This document shows positions 6,886-16,157 of a stretch of 21,954 bases of DNA, one piece after another. Location: assembly GCA_965372795.1 (NCBI GenBank), contig CBDVDR010000030.1, positions 1-21,954 on the forward strand, read 5' to 3'. The notes below the pieces were generated by a model, which saw only the letters and a list, made by a program, of their open reading frames with translations, was not told the DNA's origin and ran no database searches. The translations under genes and the position numbers were made by a program. Every line of letters starts with the position of its first letter. Positions within the stretch are counted from its first letter, which is position 1. This DNA is from an uncultured bacterium. Lineage in GTDB: Bacteria; Zixibacteria; MSB-5A5; GN15; FEB-12.

Positions 6886-6908
6886 TGAAATTCGCTTTCA
6901 ATTTCATT
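6886..6908. promoter_or_regulatory. Candidate Fur-family operator upstream of ferritin
   Basis: TGAAATT-C-GCTTTCA (7-1-7 spacing with TGAAA/TTTCA arms) plus an adjacent ATTTCATT half-site, about 125 bp upstream of the ferritin start. Only a partial match to the TGATAAT-N-ATTATCA Fur core. Confidence 0.3.
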
Positions 6909-6943
6909 TATAATCAAGAGGGCGTTTCTCTTATATTGGACAT

Positions 6944-6975
6944 AAAAAAAACCGCCGGGAAATCGGCGGTTTTTT
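6944..6975 (-). terminator. Intrinsic (bidirectional-type) terminator after pepF
   Basis: A8-CCGCCG-GGAAAT-CGGCGG-T6, 15 nt past the pepF stop. Confidence 0.88.
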
Positions 6976-6990
6976 ATAAAGCTTGAAATA

Positions 6991-8880
6991 CTATTCGAGT
7001 AGAAGTCTTTCCATTTCATCAACCAACTCGCCAAACAGTTTAATTGTTCTTTCAATAGATTCGGTTGAAGTTGGATCAACTCCGGCATCAATAAGAATAT
7101 CTACCGGATATTTTGATGAACCGGTCTCCAGGAAAGTCATATAGGCATCCAGGGCAGCCTTATCACCATCAATGATCTTCTGTGAGATCATCTGAGCGGC
7201 GGCGTAACTTGTGGCATATTTATAGACATAAAAAGCCCGATAGAAATGTGAAATTTTCATACCACTTAGATCGTTGTTTTCACCGATCACCAAATCAGGA
7301 CCAAAATATTTCTGGAATATTTCACGATAGGTTTTGCGGAAATAATCAACGGAGAATGCTCCACCTTCCTGTAAATGGGAATGAATTGCCAGTTCAAATT
7401 CTGAGAACATAACCTGGGTGAAAAAAGTACCATCGATCTGCTTGATATAATGATCTAACAAAAACAGTTTTTCTTTTTTGTCGGTTGTATTATCGAGCAT
7501 ATATTTCATCATGATTGCTTCATTACAGGTCGAGGCAACTTCTGCTGTAAACAACGAATGACCAGAATAAATATATGGTTCATACTGATTTGAATAGAAA
7601 CTATTCATTGCATGTCCGAATTCGTGAGCAAGGGTAAAAGTACTGTTTAGATCATCGTTGAAGTTCATCAGTACATAAGGATGGGAAGTGAAAGTACCCC
7701 AGCTATAAGCACCTGAGCTTTTACTTTCGGTTTCATACACATCAACCCATCCGGAATTAAATCCGGCTTCCATATCTTTGACATACTTTTCACCTAATGG
7801 TATTAAGCCCTCCGAGAGCATCTTTTTGGCTTCTTCATAAGTAATATCCTTATTAAAATCTGCTACCAGCGGAACCGAAAGATCGTAGGTATATAAGGTA
7901 TCAACACCTAAAACTTTTTTACGCAAAGAGGTCAGTTTGTGGAGGATATGCAGATTATCATTAACAGCGTTAACTAAGTTCTTGATTACATCAGTTGGGA
8001 TATTATCGCTGTCCATTGAAGCATCAAGAGTGCTGTTATAACTTCGTACCTTAGAAAGGAATCGATCTTTTTCAACCGATGAGCCTAAGGTCGCACCCAT
8101 AGAATTAATGTATTTTAACCATGATGCCTGAACGGTATCGTTGGCAACCCGACGCAATTCACGGTCGGTGCCTTCGAGAATTTTGTAATAACGACCCCGG
8201 GTCAGTTCAATGGTGTTTCCATCAGAGTCAATAATTGAACCCATTTTATGATCAGCGTTATTAAGCATATTAAATATTTTTGACGGAGCTGATGTTACCG
8301 GTCCGGCAGCGGCTAATAAAGCTTCCTCTTTTTCAGATAAAACATGCTCTTGCTGACGAAACATATCATCAATATAGAATTGATAAATTTTCAAGTTATT
8401 ATTCTCAGCCATAAAAGCATCGATTTTTTCTTTGGAAATGGTAAGAATTTCAGGAGTAATAAATGATGAAGCAGCGGAAAGTTGTGAAGACAATGCCGAA
8501 ATCCGACCGCCCAGTTCCTGGAAACTACCTATGCGGGTATCTTCATCAAGTTTCAAATAAGCATAGACATACAAATTGCCTTCGATCACACCCAACTCAT
8601 CAGAGAGCTTCAAACATTCAAATAGAGAATTGGCTGATTCGCCTAATTTTCCCTGATATTGTTCGAATTGAGTTTTACCATCGGTTAATTTTTGAAAATC
8701 AGCTTCCCAGGCTTCGATATTTTCATAGATATCCTCAACCTTCCATTTATATTGATCTTCAATATCAGAGCGTTGAGGGATTTTCTGATCTTCAGCCGAA
8801 AGTGATTGGACACTAAACAGCAATAAACACATTGCTATCGGCAATAGTACTTTCAGGAAAGTTTTGCTTGGTTTCGTCAT
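6991..8880 (-). CDS. pepF: Oligoendopeptidase F (M3B) with N-terminal signal peptide
   Basis: RSDIEDQYKW, WVDVYE..KSSGAYSWG, HPYVLMNF, TLAHEFGH (HExxH), FTAEVAS (third-ligand Glu) and HFYRAFYVYKYATS. GGGAGA SD upstream. Confidence 0.95.
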   Translation of the reverse strand: MTKPSKTFLKVLLPIAMCLLLFSVQSLSAEDQKIPQRSDIEDQYKWKVEDIYENIEAWEADFQKLTDGKTQFEQYQGKLGESANSLFECLKLSDELGVIEGNLYVYAYLKLDEDTRIGSFQELGGRISALSSQLSAASSFITPEILTISKEKIDAFMAENNNLKIYQFYIDDMFRQQEHVLSEKEEALLAAAGPVTSAPSKIFNMLNNADHKMGSIIDSDGNTIELTRGRYYKILEGTDRELRRVANDTVQASWLKYINSMGATLGSSVEKDRFLSKVRSYNSTLDASMDSDNIPTDVIKNLVNAVNDNLHILHKLTSLRKKVLGVDTLYTYDLSVPLVADFNKDITYEEAKKMLSEGLIPLGEKYVKDMEAGFNSGWVDVYETESKSSGAYSWGTFTSHPYVLMNFNDDLNSTFTLAHEFGHAMNSFYSNQYEPYIYSGHSLFTAEVASTCNEAIMMKYMLDNTTDKKEKLFLLDHYIKQIDGTFFTQVMFSEFELAIHSHLQEGGAFSVDYFRKTYREIFQKYFGPDLVIGENNDLSGMKISHFYRAFYVYKYATSYAAAQMISQKIIDGDKAALDAYMTFLETGSSKYPVDILIDAGVDPTSTESIERTIKLFGELVDEMERLLLE

Positions 8881-8995
8881 CGTTTCTCCCTAATTAATTA
8901 GTTACATATATGTTTTTTTATTTCAAGAAGTTCTCAATATAACATATACTTTTAGACAGTAAAGAACCTAATTTGTTTAATAATACGGAGAAAAT

Positions 8996-9397
8996 ATGTT
9001 TTCAGTTTCAACAAAAATCAAGCTTCACTATACCGATGCCGCCGGGGTGCTGTTTTTTGGAAATTATTTTAAACTAATTCATGATGCCTACGAAGAATTT
9101 TTGAATGAAATCGACCTCGATCTTGGCTATATTATCGACAATTCTGATTATTTGCTACTCATTGTTCATGCTGAAGCTGATTATAAAAAATCACTTAAAA
9201 CCGGAGCCTTTGCTAAAGTAGAAATTGAAGTTGAAAAGATCGGACAAACTTCGTTTGTGTTGGTTTATAAAGTGTTAGATGAACACGACAATATCTCAGC
9301 GACGGCTAAAACAGTTCATGTTTCGGTTGATAAAAAGAGCGGGAATAAAATTGATCTGCCTGAAAAAGTTAAGACGGGCTTCGCAAGTATTGCCTGA
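8996..9397 (+). CDS. Hotdog-fold (4HBT-like) acyl-CoA thioesterase, probable 1,4-dihydroxy-2-naphthoyl-CoA hydrolase
   Basis: TDAAGVLFFGNY motif and GGAGA SD. It abuts the men cluster, which otherwise lacks the thioesterase step. Substrate is inferred from context. Confidence 0.85.
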   Translation: MFSVSTKIKLHYTDAAGVLFFGNYFKLIHDAYEEFLNEIDLDLGYIIDNSDYLLLIVHAEADYKKSLKTGAFAKVEIEVEKIGQTSFVLVYKVLDEHDNISATAKTVHVSVDKKSGNKIDLPEKVKTGFASIA

Positions 9398-10825
9398 TTA
9401 CATAAATAAATCAACTGCCAGTTGTTTGTAGAATTTCCTGTTTATTTTCATTCCGATTTGGCTGGGATCGTGTTGCCATTTGTAAAAGGCAATCGGTATT
9501 TTGTATGATGGCATGGTTAGCTTCAATTTGTTAATCAGCAAATCCTGATCAATGTCAGAATCTGTGAACGCAATCAGTCGTTTACCGAACTCGACATCAT
9601 CAATATCGACAACAATGACATAAGAGCAATTGGTTATTTTTTGAATTTCTCTTTCAATCTCTTCGGGATGAATATTTTCCCCGCCTGAAATAAACATATT
9701 ATCAATTCGTCCGGTAACGATTAGATTATTTTGGTTATCCAGCCATCCGATATCTCCGGTATGAAACCAGCCGTCTTTGTCGGTTGAAGGAATTATTTGT
9801 TTATCTTTATAGTAGCCTTTGAAAAGGGTTTTACCTTTTACTAAAATTTCATTTTTTTCAGAAATTTTCAGATCCCGATGATGGAGAATTTTTCCGCAAT
9901 GGTTGACGGTCTTATTAAGTTTTTTTGTGGTAGTTACCTGCGATGACATTTCCGTTAAGCCATAGCTTTTGTAAACGGGTAAATTTTTATTTATCGCTGA
10001 ATCAATAAGGTCATCAGGGATCTGGCTGCCACCGAGTAAAATAGCTTTTAAATATTTTATATTTTTGATATTTGTGTTTTGTTCAATTAATCGAAAAAGC
10101 TGGGTTGATACTAATGACAGATGGGTAATTTTGAAATTGTTAATCAGTTCAGCAAGATCATTTTTTTTATCAGGGATAAAGACAGAACCGCCCGAGAGGA
10201 ACACTCTAAACAGGATTGCTATACCGCCGACATGATACAGTGGCAGTGACATAAGCCAAATATCACCGGCAGAGACGGCAATGTTTTCATTCGACCCCAG
10301 GGCGTTATAATAATGGTTTCCGAAAGAATGAACAGCCGCCTTCGGATGGCTGGTAGTTCCGGATGTGAAAATTATCGTAGCCGGTTGATCTAAAGATATA
10401 ATGTCAATTGTTGTATTATTTTTATCATCGGTTAGATCGCTTAACAGAGAATCCAAAGTTAAATGGTTACAATCATGCAAACTATTTTCAAGCAGAACAG
10501 ATTTGTTGGTAATTAAATGATTTGTATCAATATCTTTAAGTAACTGCTTAATAAGTTTTGTAGGAAATTTTGGATTGATAGGACAAGCGATGGCACCTAT
10601 TCGCCAAAGGGCAAAAAGAATTATCGGATATTCGAAACAGGTTTCGGCTACTATGGCAACATGGTCATTTTTCTTTATCCCGATCTCCAATAATTTTGAA
10701 GCAACCAACAAGACCTGTTGGTTTAATTCAGAATAATTTATAGTTTTATTTTCAGATTGCAGGGCTGGGCTGTCGGGATATTTCCGGGAGGCTTCTAACA
10801 AGGGGCAGTTTAATATGTTTGTCAT
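9398..10825 (-). CDS. menE: o-Succinylbenzoate-CoA ligase
   Basis: AMP-binding FTSGTTSHPK, LPLYHVGG, SYGLTEMSSQ, WFHTGDIG and GRIDNMFISGGENIHPEEIE. ATGA overlap with menC. Confidence 0.93.
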   Translation of the reverse strand: MTNILNCPLLEASRKYPDSPALQSENKTINYSELNQQVLLVASKLLEIGIKKNDHVAIVAETCFEYPIILFALWRIGAIACPINPKFPTKLIKQLLKDIDTNHLITNKSVLLENSLHDCNHLTLDSLLSDLTDDKNNTTIDIISLDQPATIIFTSGTTSHPKAAVHSFGNHYYNALGSNENIAVSAGDIWLMSLPLYHVGGIAILFRVFLSGGSVFIPDKKNDLAELINNFKITHLSLVSTQLFRLIEQNTNIKNIKYLKAILLGGSQIPDDLIDSAINKNLPVYKSYGLTEMSSQVTTTKKLNKTVNHCGKILHHRDLKISEKNEILVKGKTLFKGYYKDKQIIPSTDKDGWFHTGDIGWLDNQNNLIVTGRIDNMFISGGENIHPEEIEREIQKITNCSYVIVVDIDDVEFGKRLIAFTDSDIDQDLLINKLKLTMPSYKIPIAFYKWQHDPSQIGMKINRKFYKQLAVDLFM

Positions 10826-11871
10826 ATCCCAACCTCGGTTAGCTTCTCAAAAATAATATTATTATTGATAGGTTGTAAATCTTTCAAATTGTATTGATGA
10901 TTTTTCATACCTAGAGGAACCGTTAGAAGGTCATCCGTGAACCAATCGACAGTATCAAGTCCGACAGCGATTTCTTTTTCAAATTTTTTGTTTATGAAGG
11001 CAGATAGTTTTATAAGTTTGTGTATCCCTACTGAACTTTCAAAAGTTGAGCTAATAACAGGTTGTAGGTTTTTCTGATAAGTATAATCAATCAACGAAAG
11101 ACATCTCTTAAAACCGAGCATGGTTGGTTTTAACACAATAGCTTTAAGGTTTGTTAATGAATTTAGATCGTCATCCGAAAGATTCGCCAATGATTCATCC
11201 AAAGCAATAGGTGCCGTGGGCACTTTATTATATAACTCAGAGTAATGTGTAATATCAGCAAGTGGTTCCTCGATGTAATCAATTGAGTTTGGAATAATCT
11301 TATCAAAAAATTGCACAACCTCATCAACTGACCAGGCTTTGTTGGCATCAAGCCTTAATAAACTGGAGTTTCCAATAATATTCAAAACATCAGTAACCAG
11401 TAATATGTCGTCTGATAATTTTTGACGGCCGACTTTCAGTTTGAAGATTTTAAAACCTTCTGATAATTTTTGTTTTGTGTCGGTTAGAATAGTAGCATTT
11501 GCTCCGGTTAATAAAGCATTCACTGTTACTGCCTGATCGGTTAATTCTTCGTTGGTTGTACCTGAAAATTCTGACAGAGCTGATTCAATGGCAAATCTAA
11601 CCGAAGGCACAAACCCATCCAGTTGTAATTCTTTAAAATTAGTAAAAGTTTTTTTTATTAACAGAAGTTGCAGGAAGGCTTCATCAATCGTTTCAATACT
11701 GTAGCCCTCAAGCGGAGCCGCCTCGCCGTATGCTTTATTATTATTCGTATCTGTGATTTCTACAATAAAACCTTTGCGAGAAGTAATTGAGTTATTGGCA
11801 ATAACCAAATCCCGTTTTAGGGGCAGTTCGTATTTGTAAATTTTAATCTCAGAAATTTTCACAACAGCCAT
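10822..11871 (-). CDS. menC: o-Succinylbenzoate synthase
   Basis: Enolase superfamily motifs GEAAPL, FKLKVG, LRLDAN, YIEEP, IALDES and VLKP; located in the men cluster. Confidence 0.92.
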   Translation of the reverse strand: MAVVKISEIKIYKYELPLKRDLVIANNSITSRKGFIVEITDTNNNKAYGEAAPLEGYSIETIDEAFLQLLLIKKTFTNFKELQLDGFVPSVRFAIESALSEFSGTTNEELTDQAVTVNALLTGANATILTDTKQKLSEGFKIFKLKVGRQKLSDDILLVTDVLNIIGNSSLLRLDANKAWSVDEVVQFFDKIIPNSIDYIEEPLADITHYSELYNKVPTAPIALDESLANLSDDDLNSLTNLKAIVLKPTMLGFKRCLSLIDYTYQKNLQPVISSTFESSVGIHKLIKLSAFINKKFEKEIAVGLDTVDWFTDDLLTVPLGMKNHQYNLKDLQPINNNIIFEKLTEVGI

Positions 11872-12743
11872 CCGATGGAAAAAAGGATGCTATAAATTAA
11901 TAATAATTTTCCGGTTGAGGCTAAGACATCATTGAACTCGGTCGTATTGGATAGGGTAAATACTTTTTTGATTGTTGGAATTGAGAGGATTAGAACCGGA
12001 GTTGATAACAGTGCATAAAAATGATTATTTGTTACGGAATAATATATCAATGGAAATAAAGCCGCCCCGACAAGACAAAACAGATATTCATATCGGGCGA
12101 ATTGTTCTCCGAAACGCACCTGTAGAGTTTTTTTCCCGGCGCGGGTATCATTTTTTATGTCCCGTAAATTATTGACCGTAAGAATCGCAACTGAAAAAAG
12201 GCCGGGTGGGATTCCGGCTAAAATTACTGTGCTGTTGACATCCAATGCCTGAACATAATAGGTTCCGGCAACAGCTATGGGACCAAAAAATATCAGCACA
12301 AAGATATCACCAAAACCGTTATACCCAAGCGGGTACGGTCCGCCGGTGTACAGTACGCCGAATAAGATAGAAAACAGACCGATAGCAACTATCGGTAATC
12401 CGCCTCGGGTTACCAAATAAATACCGGCCGTAAACGCCAGTGTAAAAGCAATTATCGTTGCGATTTTCATCGTTGAAGGCGAGACCAAGCCAGCCTGAGT
12501 TACCCGCAACGGTCCGAGCCGCTCGCCCCGGTCGGTTCCTTTGGCAAAGTCAAAATAATCGTTGGCGAAGTTAGTGCCTATCTGGATCATCACAGCCCCA
12601 AACAAAGCTGCCAGAGCAGAGTACAAATGAAACAGGTCGGCTTCAAAGGCTAAAGAGGATCCAATAAAGACTGGAGCTGCCGCCGCCCAAAGAGTTTTTG
12701 GTCGGGATGCTAAAATCCAAATTTGTAATTTTGAGTACGCCAT
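11859..12743 (-). CDS. menA: 1,4-Dihydroxy-2-naphthoate polyprenyltransferase
   Basis: WILASRPKTL, QIGTNFANDYFDFAKGTD, YTGGPYPLGYNGFGD, NNLRDIKND..AGKKTL; multiple TM helices. Confidence 0.96.
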   Translation of the reverse strand: MAYSKLQIWILASRPKTLWAAAAPVFIGSSLAFEADLFHLYSALAALFGAVMIQIGTNFANDYFDFAKGTDRGERLGPLRVTQAGLVSPSTMKIATIIAFTLAFTAGIYLVTRGGLPIVAIGLFSILFGVLYTGGPYPLGYNGFGDIFVLIFFGPIAVAGTYYVQALDVNSTVILAGIPPGLFSVAILTVNNLRDIKNDTRAGKKTLQVRFGEQFARYEYLFCLVGAALFPLIYYSVTNNHFYALLSTPVLILSIPTIKKVFTLSNTTEFNDVLASTGKLLLIYSILFSIGWLL

Positions 12744-12754
12744 TTATTATTGTA

Positions 12755-13576
12755 TTAAGGATTCCTTGGGAATTTTGAAAAATCCGGTTTCCTTTTTTCT
12801 ATAAAAGCATTGCGACCTTCCTGTCCCTCTTCAGTCATATAATAAAGCATCGTTGCATTGCCGGCCAGTTCCTGCAGACCGGCCTGTCCGTCGCAGTCAG
12901 CATTGAGGGCGGCTTTGAGACAACGAATCGCAATGGGAGAATTTTCTAAAATTTCACGACACCATTTAACGGTTTCCTCTTCAAGTTTATCAAGCAGAAC
13001 GACCGTATTCACCAGTCCCATATCTAGCGCCTGTTTGGCATCATACTGCCGACAGAGGAACCAAATCTCGCGCGCTTTTTTTTGACCCACGATTCTTGCC
13101 ATATAGCTAGCACCATACCCGCCATCAAATGAACCAACCTTTGGTCCCGTCTGTCCAAATATTGCATTGTCGGCGGCAACAGTCAGATCAGCCATCATAT
13201 GAAGGACATGCCCTCCCCCGATTGCATAGCCGGCAACCATAGCAATTATCGGTTTTGGGCAGGTACGCATCTGGCGCTGAAAATCGAGAACATTCAAACG
13301 ATGCACGCCGGTGTCATCTTTGTATCCGGAGTCACCGCGAATTTTTTGATCGCCTCCCGAACAAAATGCTTTGTCACCCTCACCGGTTAAAATGATCACT
13401 CCGATTGATGAATCTTCGCGGGCATCAGCAAGCGCATCCGCCATCTCAAAAACCGTAATCGGCCTGAACGCATTCCGCACCTCGGGTCGATTGATAACAA
13501 TTTTCGCAATACCTTCGGCTTTGAAATATTTAATATCGGTATATTTTTTTCCGATTTCCCAATTTATAATACTCAT
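12755..13576 (-). CDS. menB: 1,4-Dihydroxy-2-naphthoyl-CoA synthase
   Basis: [55 protein letters not shown] and [15 protein letters not shown]. Confidence 0.98.
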   Translation of the reverse strand: MSIINWEIGKKYTDIKYFKAEGIAKIVINRPEVRNAFRPITVFEMADALADAREDSSIGVIILTGEGDKAFCSGGDQKIRGDSGYKDDTGVHRLNVLDFQRQMRTCPKPIIAMVAGYAIGGGHVLHMMADLTVAADNAIFGQTGPKVGSFDGGYGASYMARIVGQKKAREIWFLCRQYDAKQALDMGLVNTVVLLDKLEEETVKWCREILENSPIAIRCLKAALNADCDGQAGLQELAGNATMLYYMTEEGQEGRNAFIEKRKPDFSKFPRNP

Positions 13577-13585
13577 GATTTCCCT

Positions 13586-14392
13586 TTATTTAAAAAATAA
13601 ATTTACCAATTTTAAAAAATTGTCCGGTTGTTCAAGGTGTACATTATGACCGCAATTATTGAAAATTTCCAAACTAAATTTGTTGTTCAAAGTTACAATC
13701 TCATTGCTTAATTTAGTATATTTTTCATCTTTTTCACCGGCAATTAAAAGAGCGGGGATTTCTATATTACCTATTTCATTCCAGAGAGATGGTTGTGCGC
13801 CGGCACCCATTAAACGCAGACTAAGGGCAAGTTTTCTAACATTATTATTTTCACGTTTTTTAATAATTTCCCGGAATAATTGATCGTTTGCCTTTATAGT
13901 TGAAAAAAAGTCCATGCTGTACCATTTGGATAGAAATTTATTAAATTTTCCTTTGGTCGTACATGATTCGATTTCAGCGGCCAACTGGTGGTCAGCAATC
14001 ATCCGTTCTCTTCGTTCAAGATCGGTTTTCATACCCAGAGATGATGATTCCAAAATAACTTTATTAAATCGGTGTGGATAATTTATTATAAGATAATAAC
14101 CTAATCTCCCACCCATCGAATAACCAAGTAGATTTGTTTTTTTAATTTTAAGTTCATCAAGGAAATTTATTAGTGCTTCAGCACAGTTTTGCATTTTAAA
14201 ATATTCATCATCGTAAACTTCGGTTTCACCATGACCCGGAAGATCAATTGTCAGACAATTATATGAATCAGATAAATTACTAACCGCTCTATCCCAATCG
14301 TTCAAATTACCCATGAAGCCATGGAGAAATACGATAGTATTTTCTTTGTTTTTATCTGATTGTTTAAAATTAAATTTTACCGGCGAAGCCAT
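13586..14392 (-). CDS. menH: SHCHC synthase (alpha/beta hydrolase)
   Basis: VFLHGF, IDLPGHG, GYSMGGR nucleophile elbow, GEKDEKY and GHNVHLEQP; lies between menD and menB. Confidence 0.93.
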   Translation of the reverse strand: MASPVKFNFKQSDKNKENTIVFLHGFMGNLNDWDRAVSNLSDSYNCLTIDLPGHGETEVYDDEYFKMQNCAEALINFLDELKIKKTNLLGYSMGGRLGYYLIINYPHRFNKVILESSSLGMKTDLERRERMIADHQLAAEIESCTTKGKFNKFLSKWYSMDFFSTIKANDQLFREIIKKRENNNVRKLALSLRLMGAGAQPSLWNEIGNIEIPALLIAGEKDEKYTKLSNEIVTLNNKFSLEIFNNCGHNVHLEQPDNFLKLVNLFFK

Positions 14393-14408
14393 CGCGATTC
14401 CTTAGTTA

Positions 14409-16157
14409 TCAATTCTGTTTTATTTGATTTAACAAATATTTATGGAATTCAATATTATCTTTTCGGTCGGTTGTGATTTCTATAATTGTAACATTCGGAT
14501 TTTTTTGTGATGCTGAATAAATTCTTACAAAATCTTCAATAGTTACCGGATTGTAATAGTCGCAACCGAACATTTTGGCGGCAGATTCAAATTTTAAACC
14601 ATGAGGAGTGCCAAAGTATTTTTCAAAGATAGTTTTATTGTCATAAACAGGGAGAAATGAAAATATTCCGCCGCCGTTGTTATTCACGACAACAATCGTA
14701 ACCGGGAGATGCATCTTGCTAATAAGTGCCAAAGAGTTAATGTCATGCAGAAAAGCCAGGTCGCCGATCAACAGAGTCATCGGTTTATTTTGCCCGCGTG
14801 CAAATCCCAACGATGCGGCAATGGTACCATCAATACCACTGGCTCCGCGATTGCATCCGATTGGAACAGAACTGCCGTTTGAATCTGAGAAGCTATCCAG
14901 ATCCCTGATAGGACGGCTGGAAGCTGTGAACAAACAGGAGTTGTAAATTATGTTTTTTGTAATAAGTCGGGCAATACCCGGCTCGGTGAGTTTGGAATTG
15001 TTTTCAATTTCACGGTTAATAATTTGTTCTGTTGTCTCAGATAATTTCAATATTTCTAAATTCAATTTTCCATTTTTTGAATTATTCAGGCGTTGCATAA
15101 GTTTATCAATAAATTCCGGAATATCCGTTTGAATCTGTTTGGTCACTTTATGGAAGGGATCTATTTTTTCAGGGAAAGGTGAAATGTGAATTATATTGGT
15201 GAATGATTCATTTTCGATAAATTTGAATAATTGTTTTGATATAAACATTTTACCGAAAAATAGAATTGTGTCGTATTTTTTTAGCAACTCAACAAAAGAA
15301 GGGTTGCTAAAAAGCAGTTCATAGTTACTTACTATATTTTTACTTTTTGACCCTAAGCTTAGCCCTGAAGCAAAATCAGCAAAAATTAGGGTATCTTTTG
15401 AATCAGACAGTTTAATGATATGCGACTGCTCTTTTTTATTATGCAGCCGTCCGGCAATAATCAAAGTATTTTTAGAATTAGTTATAGATTCAGAAACATA
15501 ATCAAGATCAGCATTGATGGCTTGATGAGTATTTGAATGATTTGTATCTGATCTATCCTGCCATTTTATTATTTCATCAGAATATTTATTTTTGTCATAT
15601 TCTACCGGACCGAGCGGTTCTCGAAACGAGCAATTCAAATGAACCGGACCGGGGTTTGGAAAAACAGAATTATTCCATAATTTTTCAATTTTATCCAAGA
15701 CATTAGTAACAGAGGTTTTATCATCGGGACAGGGAAGCTCATCAAAAAATCTGACGTAGTTGCCATATAACTCTTTTTGATTGATCGTTTGGTTCGCTCC
15801 GCAATTTTGTAATTCTATCGGGCGGTCAGCGGTAAGGATAATCAAAGGAACATTGTCCATAGATGCTTCAATCACAGCCGGAAAATAATTTGCGGCTGCG
15901 GTACCGGAAGTGCAAATCAGCACCGATGGTTTACCGGTTGCACGGGTATGACCAAGGGCGAAAAAGGCCGCTCCTCGTTCATCATAGTGTATTATAGAAT
16001 TGTTTGAGGCTTCCTTATTATTGGCAACTGCAGCAGTCAGGGGTGTTGAGCGCGAACCGGGAGAGATAGAGAAAAGTTTGACTCCCTTTCGCGTAAGTTC
16101 ATTGATTATAAGGTCTGCCCAAACACTGTTGTTTGTAGCTGAAAAATGATCCATCAC
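14409..16157 (-). CDS. menD: SEPHCHC synthase (ThDP-dependent)
   Basis: SPGSRSTPL, DERGAAFFALG, CTSGTAAANY, LTADRP, GPVHLN.SFREPL, NRGASGIDG and GDLAFLHD...NNNGGGIF. The start is GTG 16157 or ATG 16154; both overlap the menF stop. Confidence 0.96.
   Translation of the reverse strand: MMDHFSATNNSVWADLIINELTRKGVKLFSISPGSRSTPLTAAVANNKEASNNSIIHYDERGAAFFALGHTRATGKPSVLICTSGTAAANYFPAVIEASMDNVPLIILTADRPIELQNCGANQTINQKELYGNYVRFFDELPCPDDKTSVTNVLDKIEKLWNNSVFPNPGPVHLNCSFREPLGPVEYDKNKYSDEIIKWQDRSDTNHSNTHQAINADLDYVSESITNSKNTLIIAGRLHNKKEQSHIIKLSDSKDTLIFADFASGLSLGSKSKNIVSNYELLFSNPSFVELLKKYDTILFFGKMFISKQLFKFIENESFTNIIHISPFPEKIDPFHKVTKQIQTDIPEFIDKLMQRLNNSKNGKLNLEILKLSETTEQIINREIENNSKLTEPGIARLITKNIIYNSCLFTASSRPIRDLDSFSDSNGSSVPIGCNRGASGIDGTIAASLGFARGQNKPMTLLIGDLAFLHDINSLALISKMHLPVTIVVVNNNGGGIFSFLPVYDNKTIFEKYFGTPHGLKFESAAKMFGCDYYNPVTIEDFVRIYSASQKNPNVTIIEITTDRKDNIEFHKYLLNQIKQN

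Noticed and set aside
6876..7091. 71-aa minus-strand ORF overlapping the pepF end
   Set aside because: Out-of-frame overlap that runs through the pepF terminator; no coding evidence.
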